Source: a virus
IMG/VR virus record: IMGVR_UViG_3300045922_001038
Location: 7,639 to 71,638 of that record
Reading direction: 5' to 3' (one strand)
Length of the DNA stretch: 64,000 nt
Under the pieces are notes generated by a model. It worked only from the letters and a program-made list of their open reading frames with translations. It was not told the origin of the DNA and made no database searches. The translations under genes were made by a program, and so were the position numbers. Below are positions 31,863-39,283 of this stretch, piece by piece; position 1 is the first letter of the stretch, and each line of letters begins with the position of its first letter.

Positions 31863-32241
31863 TTGGGTTGTAGGTTAAAGTGAACTTCACTTCAATCGTA
31901 AAAGGGTCGTTTGACGTAAAGTTGAGGTTGGCAAAAAACGACGCCAACGTAAGTTTCCCTGTTTCCGTGTACTTTAACGCGCCCTTGGAGCGAAGCGTTT
32001 TCACGTAGTTGTTGAAATTGAACTCCGAAATCCCCAGCTGTTGCCGTATGTGGGCCTTTACTGTGGAGTCAATGACGTGCACTCCCGCCCATTTGAACTT
32101 GAGCAACCACCGCATGATCATCTTTTCACGCGGGGAAAACCGGAAGTACCCAGAAAATATCTTAAACAGGTTATCGATAACCCCTTCTTCCACAATGTAC
32201 TGTGCAGAGTAGTTCACTGGATAATGCTGCATGTTGGTCAT
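31834..32241 (-). CDS. Winged-HTH DNA-binding protein
   Basis: 135 aa; FSPREKMI...IRQQLGISEFNFNNYVKTLRSKGAL. Confidence 0.55.
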   Translation of the reverse strand: MTNMQHYPVNYSAQYIVEEGVIDNLFKIFSGYFRFSPREKMIMRWLLKFKWAGVHVIDSTVKAHIRQQLGISEFNFNNYVKTLRSKGALKYTETGKLTLASFFANLNFTSNDPFTIEVKFTLTYNPNVQAKERRV

Positions 32242-32324
32242 TTTAGCGTAAATATCAATAGATTTTGTGTTATACCGTACTATTTGTAGTTATGACTTGG
32301 GTAAAATTTATCGGACTGGAAAAT

Positions 32325-32425
32325 TTGGGGATTAAAAATTGCGCGTGTGAATGAACTGGTACCCCCTATACCGTAGTCCCCCCTATACCCGCCGATTTCA
32401 CCCACCCCCCCGTACCCAAACCCTC
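32325..32425 (-). other. G-rich putative packaging/terminus signal at the strand switch
   Basis: Minus strand GGGTACGGGGGGGTGGG...GTATAGGGG twice...CACACGCGCAATTTTT upstream of the terminase operon. Confidence 0.35.
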
Positions 32426-32459
32426 ACGCCTTGTTTTCCAAAGTGGGCGTAGCCATCAT

Positions 32460-32496
32460 TTCCCCACTTTGGACTGGCGTGCGAACAAATGCACGC
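32460..32496 (+). promoter_or_regulatory. Early box-plus-hairpin element, copy 1
   Basis: TTCCCCACTTTGGACT G GCGTGC-GAACAAAT-GCACGC; ATG at 32504. Confidence 0.7.
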
Positions 32497-32503
32497 ACAA
32501 GAT

Positions 32504-32911
32504 ATGAAACAGGATAATAAACGCGGGTTGAGCCGAAAGGCTCAACGCCGTGAACTTCGGCGAGCTCTAAGGCTCGCCGAAGCAGCGCTCTTGGCCGAAG
32601 AAGAGGCCAGGAGCGCGAAATCACAATATGTCTGGGGCTTCTCCCAGGCAGAAATGCAGCTCCGAGAGGAGCTGCTCTGGAACCCGGAATACCTGGGTTC
32701 CGATGACTTCTGGTCGCTCGTAGAAGCGGCCACTGAAAGCCTCCTCCAACAGTCGGTGGAGGCTGAGGAGTCGGCCTACGAGGCCGAAGCTGAACTGAAA
32801 GCCCAACTGGCGCACATGCGCCAGTTGGGGACGAAATTGATGTACGATGCTCGCTCTGTAGACTTCGACTACAGGGCAAAGAAGTTCCGCATCACAAGTT
32901 CGTACTTGTGA
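32504..32911 (+). CDS. Hypothetical early protein (basic N-terminus, acidic coiled coil)
   Basis: ORF; start MKQDNK chosen from the position of the upstream element. Confidence 0.65.
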   Translation: MKQDNKRGLSRKAQRRELRRALRLAEAALLAEEEARSAKSQYVWGFSQAEMQLREELLWNPEYLGSDDFWSLVEAATESLLQQSVEAEESAYEAEAELKAQLAHMRQLGTKLMYDARSVDFDYRAKKFRITSSYL

Positions 32912-32920
32912 TGCGGGGGG

Positions 32921-32960
32921 GGGAGTGGTACGGTTCACAACGTACCACTCCCTGTTTTTT
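32921..32960 (+). terminator. Intrinsic terminator
   Basis: GGGAGTGGTACG-8 nt-CGTACCACTCCC followed by TGTTTTTT. Confidence 0.8.
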
Positions 32961-33254
32961 CTTTCTCGGTCCTATACAGATCAGTTGGGCCCCGGACTTG
33001 GTGCCTTACTATATCGGTTTCTCGGGCGGTCCTATATCCGCGTTATGCCTTGCTCCTTCCTTATAGTTGACGGGCAAACGCGTTGCGAAGCGTGGCGTGC
33101 GCCTGGGCAATTAACGCAGTGGGGGCACGGCCAGGCCGTTTTGGGGACTCGTGGGAATGGCCGGGTATATAGGTTACTTAGGCCCTTTTTCCACCCGACG
33201 AAGGTTGCTTGCCCCGATGCGAGGAGCGCTCCTCTACCTCCCCCTCGGGGGCGT

Positions 33255-33878
33255 TCGCGAAAAGGTGCGATGCGAAAAGCGCTGATCGATTGCCTTCGGC
33301 AACAACGCCCGAAGCGGAGGAAGAGAGGCGGGCCCCCTGACAAACGCCCGGGCATCGTGACGATACACGAAAGGCCGTCGGAAGTGGCCGTCCCTGGGCA
33401 TTGGGAGGGTGATTTGATCGTGGGTAAAGACCACCAGGGCGCAGTGATCACCCTCGTTGAGCGCGCCAGCCGCTTCCTTCTGATGACGCCTATACCTGAC
33501 CGCCACTTTCGACGCCGCGCTTAGAAAGCTCGTCAGGCGGCTCCCGAAAGAAATGGCGAAGTCAATCACCTACGACAGGGGAAAGGAAATGTCTAACCAC
33601 CAGTCGTTTACCATCGATACCAAGATTGCCGTCTACTTCTGCGACCCCGTGGCAGCGGGGCACAAACGAGAACACCAACGGCCTCATTCGTGACTTCTTC
33701 CCAAAGGGTACAGATTTTAGGCAGGTTAGCTATCGGAAACTGGCACGTGTGCAGTCACTTTTAAACGACCGCCCACGCGAGACTCTTGGCTTCGAAACCC
33801 CCCGGAACACGTTTTCCAGCTTCATTAAAAAACCTTCTTAAAATTATTCCGTTTTTGCGTTAACAACTTGAAACCACC
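33255..33878 (+). pseudogene. IS30-family transposase remnant with right-end inverted repeat
   Basis: IHERP...GHWEGDLIVG...TLVERASR, then in other frames SITYDRGKEM...VYFCDP and WQRGTNENTNGLIR.FFPKGTD...LNDRPR..LGF.TP. Two frameshifts, N-terminal HTH missing; ends ...ACTTGAAACCACC like IS30-family termini. Confidence 0.9.
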
Positions 33879-33907
33879 AAACGTAAGCACCCGGCCTTTT
33901 TCTTCGT

Positions 33908-33943
33908 TTCCTCCCTCCGAACCGACGGGTAAATAAACGCCCG
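33908..33943 (+). promoter_or_regulatory. Early box-plus-hairpin element, copy 2
   Basis: TTCCTCCCTCCGAACC GA CGGGT-AAATAAAC-GCCCG; ATG at 33950. Confidence 0.7.
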
Positions 33944-33949
33944 AAGAAC

Positions 33950-34231
33950 ATGACGTTACGAAAGACAGAGCAAAACACCATGGCCTACGTGAGGGCCATT
34001 TCGTATGCTCGTTACGAAGCGTACTTGCTTCACCGCGAGCTGGAGAGGGAAACCGACGAAGTTTCCCAAATTCTCTTGCGCATAAAGCGCAACGAGATGC
34101 TGGCCGCGGCCAAGGAGCTGGACGCGCAGTTCAAGGCGCGGCTGGAAGAGCTCCGCGCACGCGGCAAACGGTGGGCCCAGCTCGCCGACCAACTACAGCG
34201 GGAATACCACCGCTGGAACGCAACGAACTGA
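33950..34231 (+). CDS. Hypothetical early coiled-coil protein
   Basis: 93-aa ORF behind element copy 2. Confidence 0.65.
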   Translation: MTLRKTEQNTMAYVRAISYARYEAYLLHRELERETDEVSQILLRIKRNEMLAAAKELDAQFKARLEELRARGKRWAQLADQLQREYHRWNATN

Positions 34232-34237
34232 GTGTAG

Positions 34238-34274
34238 TTCCCAACTCCGAACCGGCGAGTACTAAACCGCTCGC
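34238..34274 (+). promoter_or_regulatory. Early box-plus-hairpin element, copy 3
   Basis: TTCCCAACTCCGAACC G GCGAGT-ACTAAACC-GCTCGC; ATG at 34283. Confidence 0.7.
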
Positions 34275-34282
34275 ACCATATC

Positions 34283-34480
34283 ATGCTGTCAAAGCGTGAC
34301 GACTTAATCCTCACTGTAACGCTGGCCATTGGGCTGGCGTTCATCATAGGGCTGTGGACATACCTCCACGCCGAACGGGTGGCCATTGCCCCGAAATGGG
34401 GCACCGTGGCCAAAATGCAACAAGGGCCGGGCAAGGAGAAGGGCTTGCCGGCCAGTCTTCAGGACAAAGCCCCGCAATAG
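34283..34480 (+). CDS. Small single-pass membrane protein
   Basis: 65 aa; hydrophobic helix LILTVTLAIGLAFIIGLWTYL. Confidence 0.6.
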   Translation: MLSKRDDLILTVTLAIGLAFIIGLWTYLHAERVAIAPKWGTVAKMQQGPGKEKGLPASLQDKAPQ

Positions 34481-34577
34481 CGGGGCTTTCCCTTTCCGCG
34501 CTTAGTCGTTTCAAACTTGGCGCGATCTTGGGGCCCCGTGGCGAAAGCCTTCGTATACTGGTTACGGAGGACCTTAG

Positions 34578-34614
34578 TTCCCCACTCGGTTTTGGCGGGT
34601 ACTTTCAAGCCCGC
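34578..34614 (+). promoter_or_regulatory. Early box-plus-hairpin element, copy 4
   Basis: TTCCCCACTCGGTTTT G GCGGGT-ACTTTCAA-GCCCGC; ATG at 34623. Confidence 0.7.
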
Positions 34615-34622
34615 ACACAGCC

Positions 34623-34817
34623 ATGGACTTCCATGAGCTACTCCACCGGGTCTGGTGGGAGGCCGCCAACCAAGCCATCGAGTGCCTACCCGAGCACCAG
34701 AAGGCTTGGAACGAGGCGGAGAACCAGCTGAGGAAGCTGGCGCTCGCCACCAAAGGCCTCCCCATCGCCCCACCACCCGACCACTCGGTCGTCCTGACGG
34801 ACGACGACGACGAGTGA
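34623..34817 (+). CDS. Small early protein with acidic tail
   Basis: 64 aa ending TDDDDE, behind element copy 4. Confidence 0.6.
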   Translation: MDFHELLHRVWWEAANQAIECLPEHQKAWNEAENQLRKLALATKGLPIAPPPDHSVVLTDDDDE

Positions 34818-34917
34818 GCGGCACCCGCCCGGGAGCGCAGCGATGCGTCCTCGGGCCGGGTAATTTCCCCCCGGCCCCTTATACCGGTTCCACCCAAAAG
34901 GCCCCTTCCCCCGTTGT

Positions 34918-34954
34918 TTCCTCTCTCCGTGCCGGTGGGCGCAAACAAGCCCGC
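34918..34954 (+). promoter_or_regulatory. Early box-plus-hairpin element, copy 5
   Basis: TTCCTCTCTCCGTGCC G GTGGGC-GCAAACAA-GCCCGC; ATG at 34962. Confidence 0.7.
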
Positions 34955-34961
34955 AAACTAT

Positions 34962-35252
34962 ATGAGGACGCTGATACTGGCCGTGGAGAACGGCCAAAGC
35001 GAGTGGGACCACATAACTCGGTACGACGGTGTCGTACGCGAATGCAGCATGCGCGCCGTCTTCTCGCAGATCTACCGCGCAAACGCCTACGAAGGCGTGC
35101 CCGGCAACCTCGTGGTGGTATTCCACACGAACAACGCACGGGAGGACGCGCACGCCGTGGAGATGTTCATCTCCGCCGCCAACATCCCCAACGTGTGGGT
35201 GGGCCACGTAGACCGTTGTGGAGCCTCCGTACCGACAGATTGGAGGGAGTAA
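34962..35252 (+). CDS. Hypothetical early protein
   Basis: Start MRTLILAV; alpha/beta pattern; behind element copy 5. Confidence 0.6.
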   Translation: MRTLILAVENGQSEWDHITRYDGVVRECSMRAVFSQIYRANAYEGVPGNLVVVFHTNNAREDAHAVEMFISAANIPNVWVGHVDRCGASVPTDWRE

Positions 35253-35270
35253 AACGCGCTTCTTATGTGC

Positions 35271-35302
35271 AACCATTAACCATTAACCATTAACCATTAA
35301 CC
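35271..35302. repeat. Tandem heptamer (AACCATT)x4.5
   Basis: aaccattaaccattaaccattaaccattaacc directly upstream of ATG 35309. Confidence 0.9.
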
Positions 35303-35308
35303 AAGCTC

Positions 35309-35632
35309 ATGAACATTGTAAACCTCACGCCGCACCCCATCAACATCGTGGGGGCCGACGGCACCGTGGTGCGCACGATCCCAAGCTCGGGAACCGCACG
35401 GTGCTCCACCCACCGCGTGCAGGTGGGGGACGTGGACGGCATCCCCGTGAACAGCGCCGTGTTCGGCAACGTGAGCGGGCTGCCGGACCCGGCAGACGGG
35501 ACCGTGTACGTCGTGTCCGCAATCGTGGCGCAGGCGGTCCCCAACCGGGCGGACGTGCTCGTCCCCGACGACACCGTGCGAGACGGCGCGGGCCAGATCG
35601 TCGGGTGCAGGGCCTTCGCGCGGATCAACTGA
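35309..35632 (+). CDS. Conserved phage protein of the NLTPH family (unknown function)
   Basis: IVNLTPHPINI...SG.AR...GLP.P..GTVYVVS...RADVLVP...VRD..GQIVGC, a widespread small phage protein pattern. Confidence 0.75.
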   Translation: MNIVNLTPHPINIVGADGTVVRTIPSSGTARCSTHRVQVGDVDGIPVNSAVFGNVSGLPDPADGTVYVVSAIVAQAVPNRADVLVPDDTVRDGAGQIVGCRAFARIN

Positions 35633-35651
35633 CCACAGCCGGGACGGGTAT

Positions 35652-35681
35652 TTCCTCACTCCGTCCCGGCACAATAACGCC
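35652..35681 (+). promoter_or_regulatory. Early box-plus-hairpin element, copy 6
   Basis: TTCCTCACTCCGTCCC GGC-ACAATAAC-GCC; ATG at 35690. Confidence 0.65.
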
Positions 35682-35689
35682 ATGAAACT

Positions 35690-35989
35690 ATGATCTACAA
35701 ACTCGACCTTGCAGACCCCGAGTACGCGGGGCAGGAGAACGACTGGGGCATCCCCGCCCGCTACCTCGACGGCGTGCGCCCCGAAGACCCGTGGGAGGTG
35801 ACCGCCCGCGCGATCTACCGCAACGCCGCCCCCGAGCCCGCCGGGTTCGCCGCAGCCGTCGCGATGCTGTACGTCTCGTACGCGTCGCGCACGTCCGGAA
35901 ACCCGGAAGACGCGCCCTCCATGCGCGAAATCCTCGCGGTCGTGGAAGAGGAGGCCTACCACGCCATCATCGGCGACGAGCCCTACTGA
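35690..35989 (+). CDS. Small acidic early protein
   Basis: 99-aa acidic ORF behind element copy 6. Confidence 0.65.
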   Translation: MIYKLDLADPEYAGQENDWGIPARYLDGVRPEDPWEVTARAIYRNAAPEPAGFAAAVAMLYVSYASRTSGNPEDAPSMREILAVVEEEAYHAIIGDEPY

Positions 35990-35994
35990 ACGAA

Positions 35995-36026
35995 GCCCCG
36001 GGGACTCATCCCTCGGGGCGTTGCTT
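35995..36026 (+). terminator. Hairpin, probable terminator
   Basis: GCCCCGGGG-ACTCAT-CCCTCGGGGC followed by GTTGCTT. Confidence 0.45.
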
Positions 36027-36400
36027 GTGGATAACTTGAAAATAGACGCGAGAGACGCCGAGATTGATGTGGATAACTTTTTAAACCCTTGACGTTGAAG
36101 ACGTTACAGAGACGGTATGTGAAAATGTAGTTACACCACCTCTGAAAAAGGTGTTTTTGGAAACTTGATAATCATCAAATAACCCCAAAATCGCGTTTTT
36201 TTCAGTCAAAAAGTTAGGTAATATCACTTTTTCTCGCTGAAAACCAATGGGTTGCAACTTTCGATGTAACTTTTTCGGCCCAAAAACGTAGAACTCTCTA
36301 GAGAGTTTTGAACTCCATCGAGGACGTCCTAAGAGGTTGATCAGAGACGTTCAACCTAGAAGAAGAGAAGATGAGATGACGAGTTGAGGGGGTGCCCCCT
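36026..36400. other. Origin-like non-coding block (two DnaA boxes, AT-rich stretch, palindromes)
   Basis: TGTGGATAA at 36026 and 36068; AT-rich 36110-36290; perfect palindrome AACTCTCTAGAGAGTT at 36292-36307. Confidence 0.45.
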
Positions 36401-36466
36401 ACCCTTTCTTCTCTTACTCCCCACGACCCCGCCGACGCACCTCCCCCCGGTTTCCGCCCGCCTTAG

Positions 36467-36498
36467 TTCCCTCCTTTGGGCCGGCCTAATGTTGGGCC
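36467..36498 (+). promoter_or_regulatory. Early box-plus-hairpin element, copy 7
   Basis: TTCCCTCCTTTGGGCC GGCC-TAATGTTG-GGCC; ATG at 36537 after a longer leader. Confidence 0.6.
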
Positions 36499-36536
36499 AT
36501 TACCCTTTTCAACAACTCAGACGACTCAGACGACTT

Positions 36537-37049
36537 ATGGAGACCAAGATCATTGTACCCGGAGACCAACTGCTGCGCGTAACCCGCAAGAACGCGGACG
36601 GCAGCCAAATGACGAACGCGCTGGGCAAGCCGCAGTACGTGTACATCGCACGGCTGCAAAGCGGCGAGGGCGTGATCATAAGCCAAGGCCACTTGACCAA
36701 CGCGCTGCGGAACGTGATTGGGGCCGAGAAGGTGCGGCAGCTTGCGGCGTTCGGGATGAACCCGGCGGACGTGGCGATGACCATCGCGCGGGCCAGCGGG
36801 CTGGCGCTCGTGTACACCTCCCACAAGGCCGGCGACCCCATCGTGGGCGTGGAGGGCCGGGTGTACAGCAAGGACACCCTTGCGAGCACCATCGCCACCG
36901 CGTTCAACCTGACGCCCGTGCAGGTGTTGCAGATGCTTTTCAGCATACTGCCAACCGACGGGGCGGTGCACGCGCCAGCCGCGACGCCCCAGCACGACGT
37001 GGAGGCCGACGTGGAGGCCAGCGCGCTGCCGATGGTTGACGGAATGTAG
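36537..37049 (+). CDS. Hypothetical early protein (beta-rich, acidic C-tail; possibly SSB-like)
   Basis: Start METKII; 170 aa, strong GC3 bias, acidic unstructured C-terminus. Confidence 0.6.
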   Translation: METKIIVPGDQLLRVTRKNADGSQMTNALGKPQYVYIARLQSGEGVIISQGHLTNALRNVIGAEKVRQLAAFGMNPADVAMTIARASGLALVYTSHKAGDPIVGVEGRVYSKDTLASTIATAFNLTPVQVLQMLFSILPTDGAVHAPAATPQHDVEADVEASALPMVDGM

Positions 37050-37112
37050 ACAGGACGCGCCCGAGGGAACCCCCCTTGGGCGCACCCTTGAATCGGTGCC
37101 TCCGGCGGGCGA

Positions 37113-37330
37113 CGTTCCACGTCCGTTCCACGTCCGTTCCACTACGTTCCACTCCGCCCCACTCCGCTCCACTCGAAACCGGGAACGTGGCCCCGCTATA
37201 CTGGTTATCCGCCGCAAGTGTCTGTGTACCAGACTGTGTTTGATTGAATGGTACCCGTTCGTCGATTGAATGGTACCCGTTCGATTGTGTCCATTTTGTG
37301 TCCATTTTGTGTCCATGTCCTTGTGTGTCA
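37113..37330. repeat. Cluster of short direct repeats
   Basis: CGTTCCAC-type 10-11-mer x6 (37113-37174); GATTGAATGGTACCCGTTCG x2 (37242, 37264); TTGTGTCCAT x3 (from 37285). Confidence 0.85.
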
Positions 37331-37415
37331 GTGTGTTGACAGGTGTTTGTTCAATGAACGCTTGAACCACTGACATTGGACTAAACAACCACTAACATTT
37401 AACTAAACAAGTGCT

Positions 37416-38030
37416 ATGAAACCTTTGAAAACCAGCGAATTAAACGAGTTCGCAAAAAGCCTGGGGTGGCGGTCAACCAGCGACCACCCCGAACAGACGC
37501 TGCCGGCGGGACATTACTTTGTAAGCCGGTCGAAAACAAACCCAGAAACGGACGCGCTTCCCGCCACATGTTACTGGGACGGTACTAACTGGCGGGACAT
37601 CAGCGGGTTACCGATGGAACACTGCAGATATGCGTTGTCTTATTATCCATGGTTTCGTTATATGTTTGCGTTGCCTATAATCGGGCGGTCGGTTTTGTGT
37701 AAAAGACAACCACAATTCCCAAACAACCTCAAAATCGCCCTCCCCGAAGTTGGCCGGATATACACCATAAGGGACTTCCTGTACTTCCCAAAACTGGGAA
37801 GGTACACGATCACCCTGTCCCAGATACGCAACAAGCCCGTCGAAATGTCGGCAATGGTCCACGAGGCTTACGGGCTTCCGGAAGGGATGGACGAATGGCC
37901 GGAACAAGTAGAACAACAGTTCAACTACAGCAATTTCGTGGCGGTGGACGAAGACACATTTTCGCCATTGCCCTCGTTCGCCGTAAGGCAAATGGAAAAC
38001 TCAATCAAACTGATGCTATACCAGGCATGA
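37416..38030 (+). CDS. Hypothetical protein
   Basis: 204-aa ORF with A-rich leader. Confidence 0.65.
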   Translation: MKPLKTSELNEFAKSLGWRSTSDHPEQTLPAGHYFVSRSKTNPETDALPATCYWDGTNWRDISGLPMEHCRYALSYYPWFRYMFALPIIGRSVLCKRQPQFPNNLKIALPEVGRIYTIRDFLYFPKLGRYTITLSQIRNKPVEMSAMVHEAYGLPEGMDEWPEQVEQQFNYSNFVAVDEDTFSPLPSFAVRQMENSIKLMLYQA

Positions 38031-38245
38031 AAACCTACACGACCCAATCGTACTACGGTAAATGCGTGGTACAGCTGTCTAGACTGGACGACGCCACCTA
38101 CGAAGTGGCGTCGTTTGAATACCCGGAAGGGGACAAGTACGAAGTCGTTCCTTTCAAGGGCGACTTGGAGGCTGCCTTGCAATACGTAAACAGCCTGGTG
38201 GATTTTTTGAACGGACTTTACGACCAAGAAAACAAAGCACAATGA
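38027..38245 (+). CDS. Small acidic hypothetical protein
   Basis: MKTYTTQS start overlapping the previous stop (ATGA). Confidence 0.55.
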   Translation: MKTYTTQSYYGKCVVQLSRLDDATYEVASFEYPEGDKYEVVPFKGDLEAALQYVNSLVDFLNGLYDQENKAQ

Positions 38246-38439
38246 CCAAAGAACAAACCATACTGTTGCTCGACGCATGCAAGGAGGGGGTAATGGAGTA
38301 CCAAAATCGGAAAGGGAGCTACCAGTCCACGGAAAGGCTGTCGAGTGCGCCCCCGGAACTCGCGATCCCCACCTGTTGCCAGCCGACGTGGTAACGAAAT
38401 GCAGGCAACTGAACCTTACCCTTAACATATTGGTTTCCA

Positions 38440-39006
38440 ATGACAAAAGAGAAAAACCTAATTGCACTTTCCTCGGCGGGTGCAACGAAAGAGCAACTTG
38501 AAGCCTACCGGCGGTGGAAAGGGACTTTCAACCAGTTCCTCCGCGAATACCCAAGTTTCGCTTTGTGGGCGAAGCGGCGGATACCTGGCTTGTTTTCCGA
38601 CAAGCTGATGATCGAACTGGCCTACGACAACCCAAGGCACGCGTTCCAGCACGTGATGCCAATGTTGCCAGAAAAAGTGCGCGTGGAGTTGGCCCGGAAG
38701 GACGTACGAAACGCGATCCAGATGGTGCCTGAATGGCTGCCGGTGGAAGTGCGGGTCGAATTGGCCCTGCTGGAGCCGGTAACCGCGTTGAGGTGCATGG
38801 AGAAACTTTTGCCTACGGGCGTGCTGAAGAGGCTTGCGTTCGAGAACGTGCAGGTGGCCTTGTCCCACGCTTGGTCGATCCCAAAGGAGTGGTTGGCGGA
38901 ACTTGCCGAAATCGAGCCTTACATGGCTTGGTCGTACGCGTCCGACTACCTCCCGGAAGATGTGTACGAAAAGCTGAAGGCGCGTTACCCGCTCAAAGAA
39001 GGCTGA
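38440..39006 (+). CDS. Alpha-helical repeat protein, paralog A
   Basis: About 23-aa repeats LP..V..ELA...P..A; N-domain MTKE.LI.L...EAY..W.G.F..F...YP.FA.W. Confidence 0.7.
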   Translation: MTKEKNLIALSSAGATKEQLEAYRRWKGTFNQFLREYPSFALWAKRRIPGLFSDKLMIELAYDNPRHAFQHVMPMLPEKVRVELARKDVRNAIQMVPEWLPVEVRVELALLEPVTALRCMEKLLPTGVLKRLAFENVQVALSHAWSIPKEWLAELAEIEPYMAWSYASDYLPEDVYEKLKARYPLKEG

Positions 39007-39240
39007 AGCTTCGAGGCAACCGAACTGGCAAAAGCGTACGCAACCTGGAAGAAAAGCTACACCTCCTTTGCCAAACGGTACCCCAAGTACGCGATGATGG
39101 TGCACGGCGTCGCTGCTGGGCAAAAAGAAAGCCCGCGCCGTTCGTACACGCGGCAAAACGGCTGGTTGGTGGAATGCGCAAGAGGCCCACCTTCCGGCGC
39201 ACGTCCGCGAAGAGACCAGGCAACTGACCGCAAAAACCAC
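39007..39240 (+). pseudogene. Degenerate third copy of the helical-repeat gene
   Basis: In frame after the TGA of paralog A: AKAYATWKKSYTSFAKRYPKYAMMVH, matching the N-domain of A and B; a shifted frame gives HLPAHVREE. Confidence 0.5.
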
Positions 39241-39283
39241 TCCCGAAGATTGTTCACCTGAAACTGTTTCACCCAATTGACTT

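Noticed and set aside
32925-33524. 199-aa ORF as an intact gene
   Set aside because: It begins inside a terminator hairpin and only its 3' half is IS30 transposase sequence.
32460-36498. Repeated early element as a CRISPR array or integron attC sites
   Set aside because: Copies are degenerate and separated by whole genes; no cas or integron integrase gene; no GTTRRRY/RYYYAAC ends.
37113-37330. Short repeats as a mini-CRISPR array
   Set aside because: Repeats are adjacent with no unique spacers of CRISPR length.
32900-37400. tRNA genes or introns/inteins
   Set aside because: No cloverleaf with a T-loop consensus was recognised by eye, and TerL, PolA, DnaB and MCP have normal lengths without insertions; tRNAscan was not run.
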